64,000 nt of DNA from the human T2T-CHM13v2.0 reference genome, Homo sapiens, in the NCBI RefSeq assembly GCF_009914755.1, contig NC_060935.1; one strand, written 5' to 3'. Positions 63,201 through 64,000 of this stretch are shown here, in pieces. Under the pieces are notes generated by a model. The model was not told where the DNA came from. It did not search any database and saw nothing but the letters and a program-made list of their open reading frames with translations. Numbering within the stretch: the stretch's first letter is position 1; the number at the start of each line of letters is the position of its first letter. The translations under genes were made by a program, and so were the position numbers.

Positions 63201-64000
63201 TGATGTATATATTCATCTCACAGAGGTAAACCTTTCTTTTCATTGAGCAGATTGGAAACTCTGTTCTTGCAGAATCCTCAAAGGGATAATTGTGAGCGGT
63301 TTGAGGCCTATGGTGAAAAAGGAAATATCTTCACATAAAAACTAGATAGATTCTTTCTGAGAAACTTCTTTGTGATGCACGCACTCATTTCACAGAGTTT
63401 AAAGTTTCTTTTGATTGAGCAGTTTAAAAAGAGTCTTTTTGTAGAATCTGCAAAGGGATATTTGTGAGCAGTTTGTGTCCTATGGTGAAAAAGGAAATAT
63501 CTTCACATAAAAACTAGATAGACTGTTTCTGAGAAACTTCTTTTGAAGTGTGCATTCAACTCACAGAGTTGAAACTCACTTTTGATTGAGTAATTTGTAA
63601 GCAGTCTTTTTGTACAATCTGCAAATGGATATTTGTGAGCAGTTTGAGGCCTATGGTGAAAAAAGAAATATCTTCATAAAAAAACGAGGCAGAAGCTTTC
63701 TGAGAAACTTCTTTGTGATGTGTGTATTCATTGCACAGAGTTGAACCTTTCTTTTGATTAAGAAGTTTTGAAACAGTCTTTTTGTAGATTCTCCAAGGGG
63801 ATATTTGTCAGTGACTTGTGGCCTATGGTGAAAAAGGAAATATCTTCATATTAAAACTAGACAGAAGCATTCTGAGAAACTTCTTTGAGATGTTTGCATT
63901 CATCTCACAGAGGTAAATGTCTGTTTTCATCGAGCAATTTGGAAACTCTCTTCTTGTAGATCTGAAAAGGGATATTTGTGAGTGTTTTGAGACCTATGGT
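60251..64000 (+). repeat. Alpha satellite, second family, forward block
   Basis: ~172-bp monomers with ATTGAGCAG, GATATTTGTGAGC and CACATAAAAACTAGACAG; no TGTCCATTC-type monomer. Confidence 0.96.

Overview
Primate (hominoid, probably human) pericentromeric DNA. About 85% of the window is diverged, ancient-type alpha satellite with ~172-bp monomers and no CENP-B box seen. It forms 8 orientation blocks separated by 7 inversion junctions (~2990, 8663, 14763, 21604, 37315, 58950, 60250). From 1 to 58950 two monomer types roughly alternate, one carrying a built-in 9-bp hairpin (TGTCCATTC-NNN-GAATGGACA). A different alphoid family starts at the 58950 inversion. Five retroelements are inserted: a full-length dead L1PA3/4 (27938-34119) that keeps the ~129-bp ZNF93-target segment, a twin-primed 5'-inverted L1PA2/3 (52063-55452), two tiny L1 3' ends (2575-2698, 22744-22822) and a very diverged AluY-type element (41836-42134). 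No host gene or intact CDS is present; the short ORFs over the satellite are noise. I found no new gene system. The most notable signals are structural: a fossil ~12-14-monomer higher-order repeat at ~48.6-58.95 kb, inversion breakpoints that sit near monomer dyads, and several fold-back (template-switch) scars. All coordinates were read by eye; junctions are accurate to a few bp and subfamily calls are tentative. Satellite strand '+' means the TCTGAGAAACTGCTTTGTGATG orientation.
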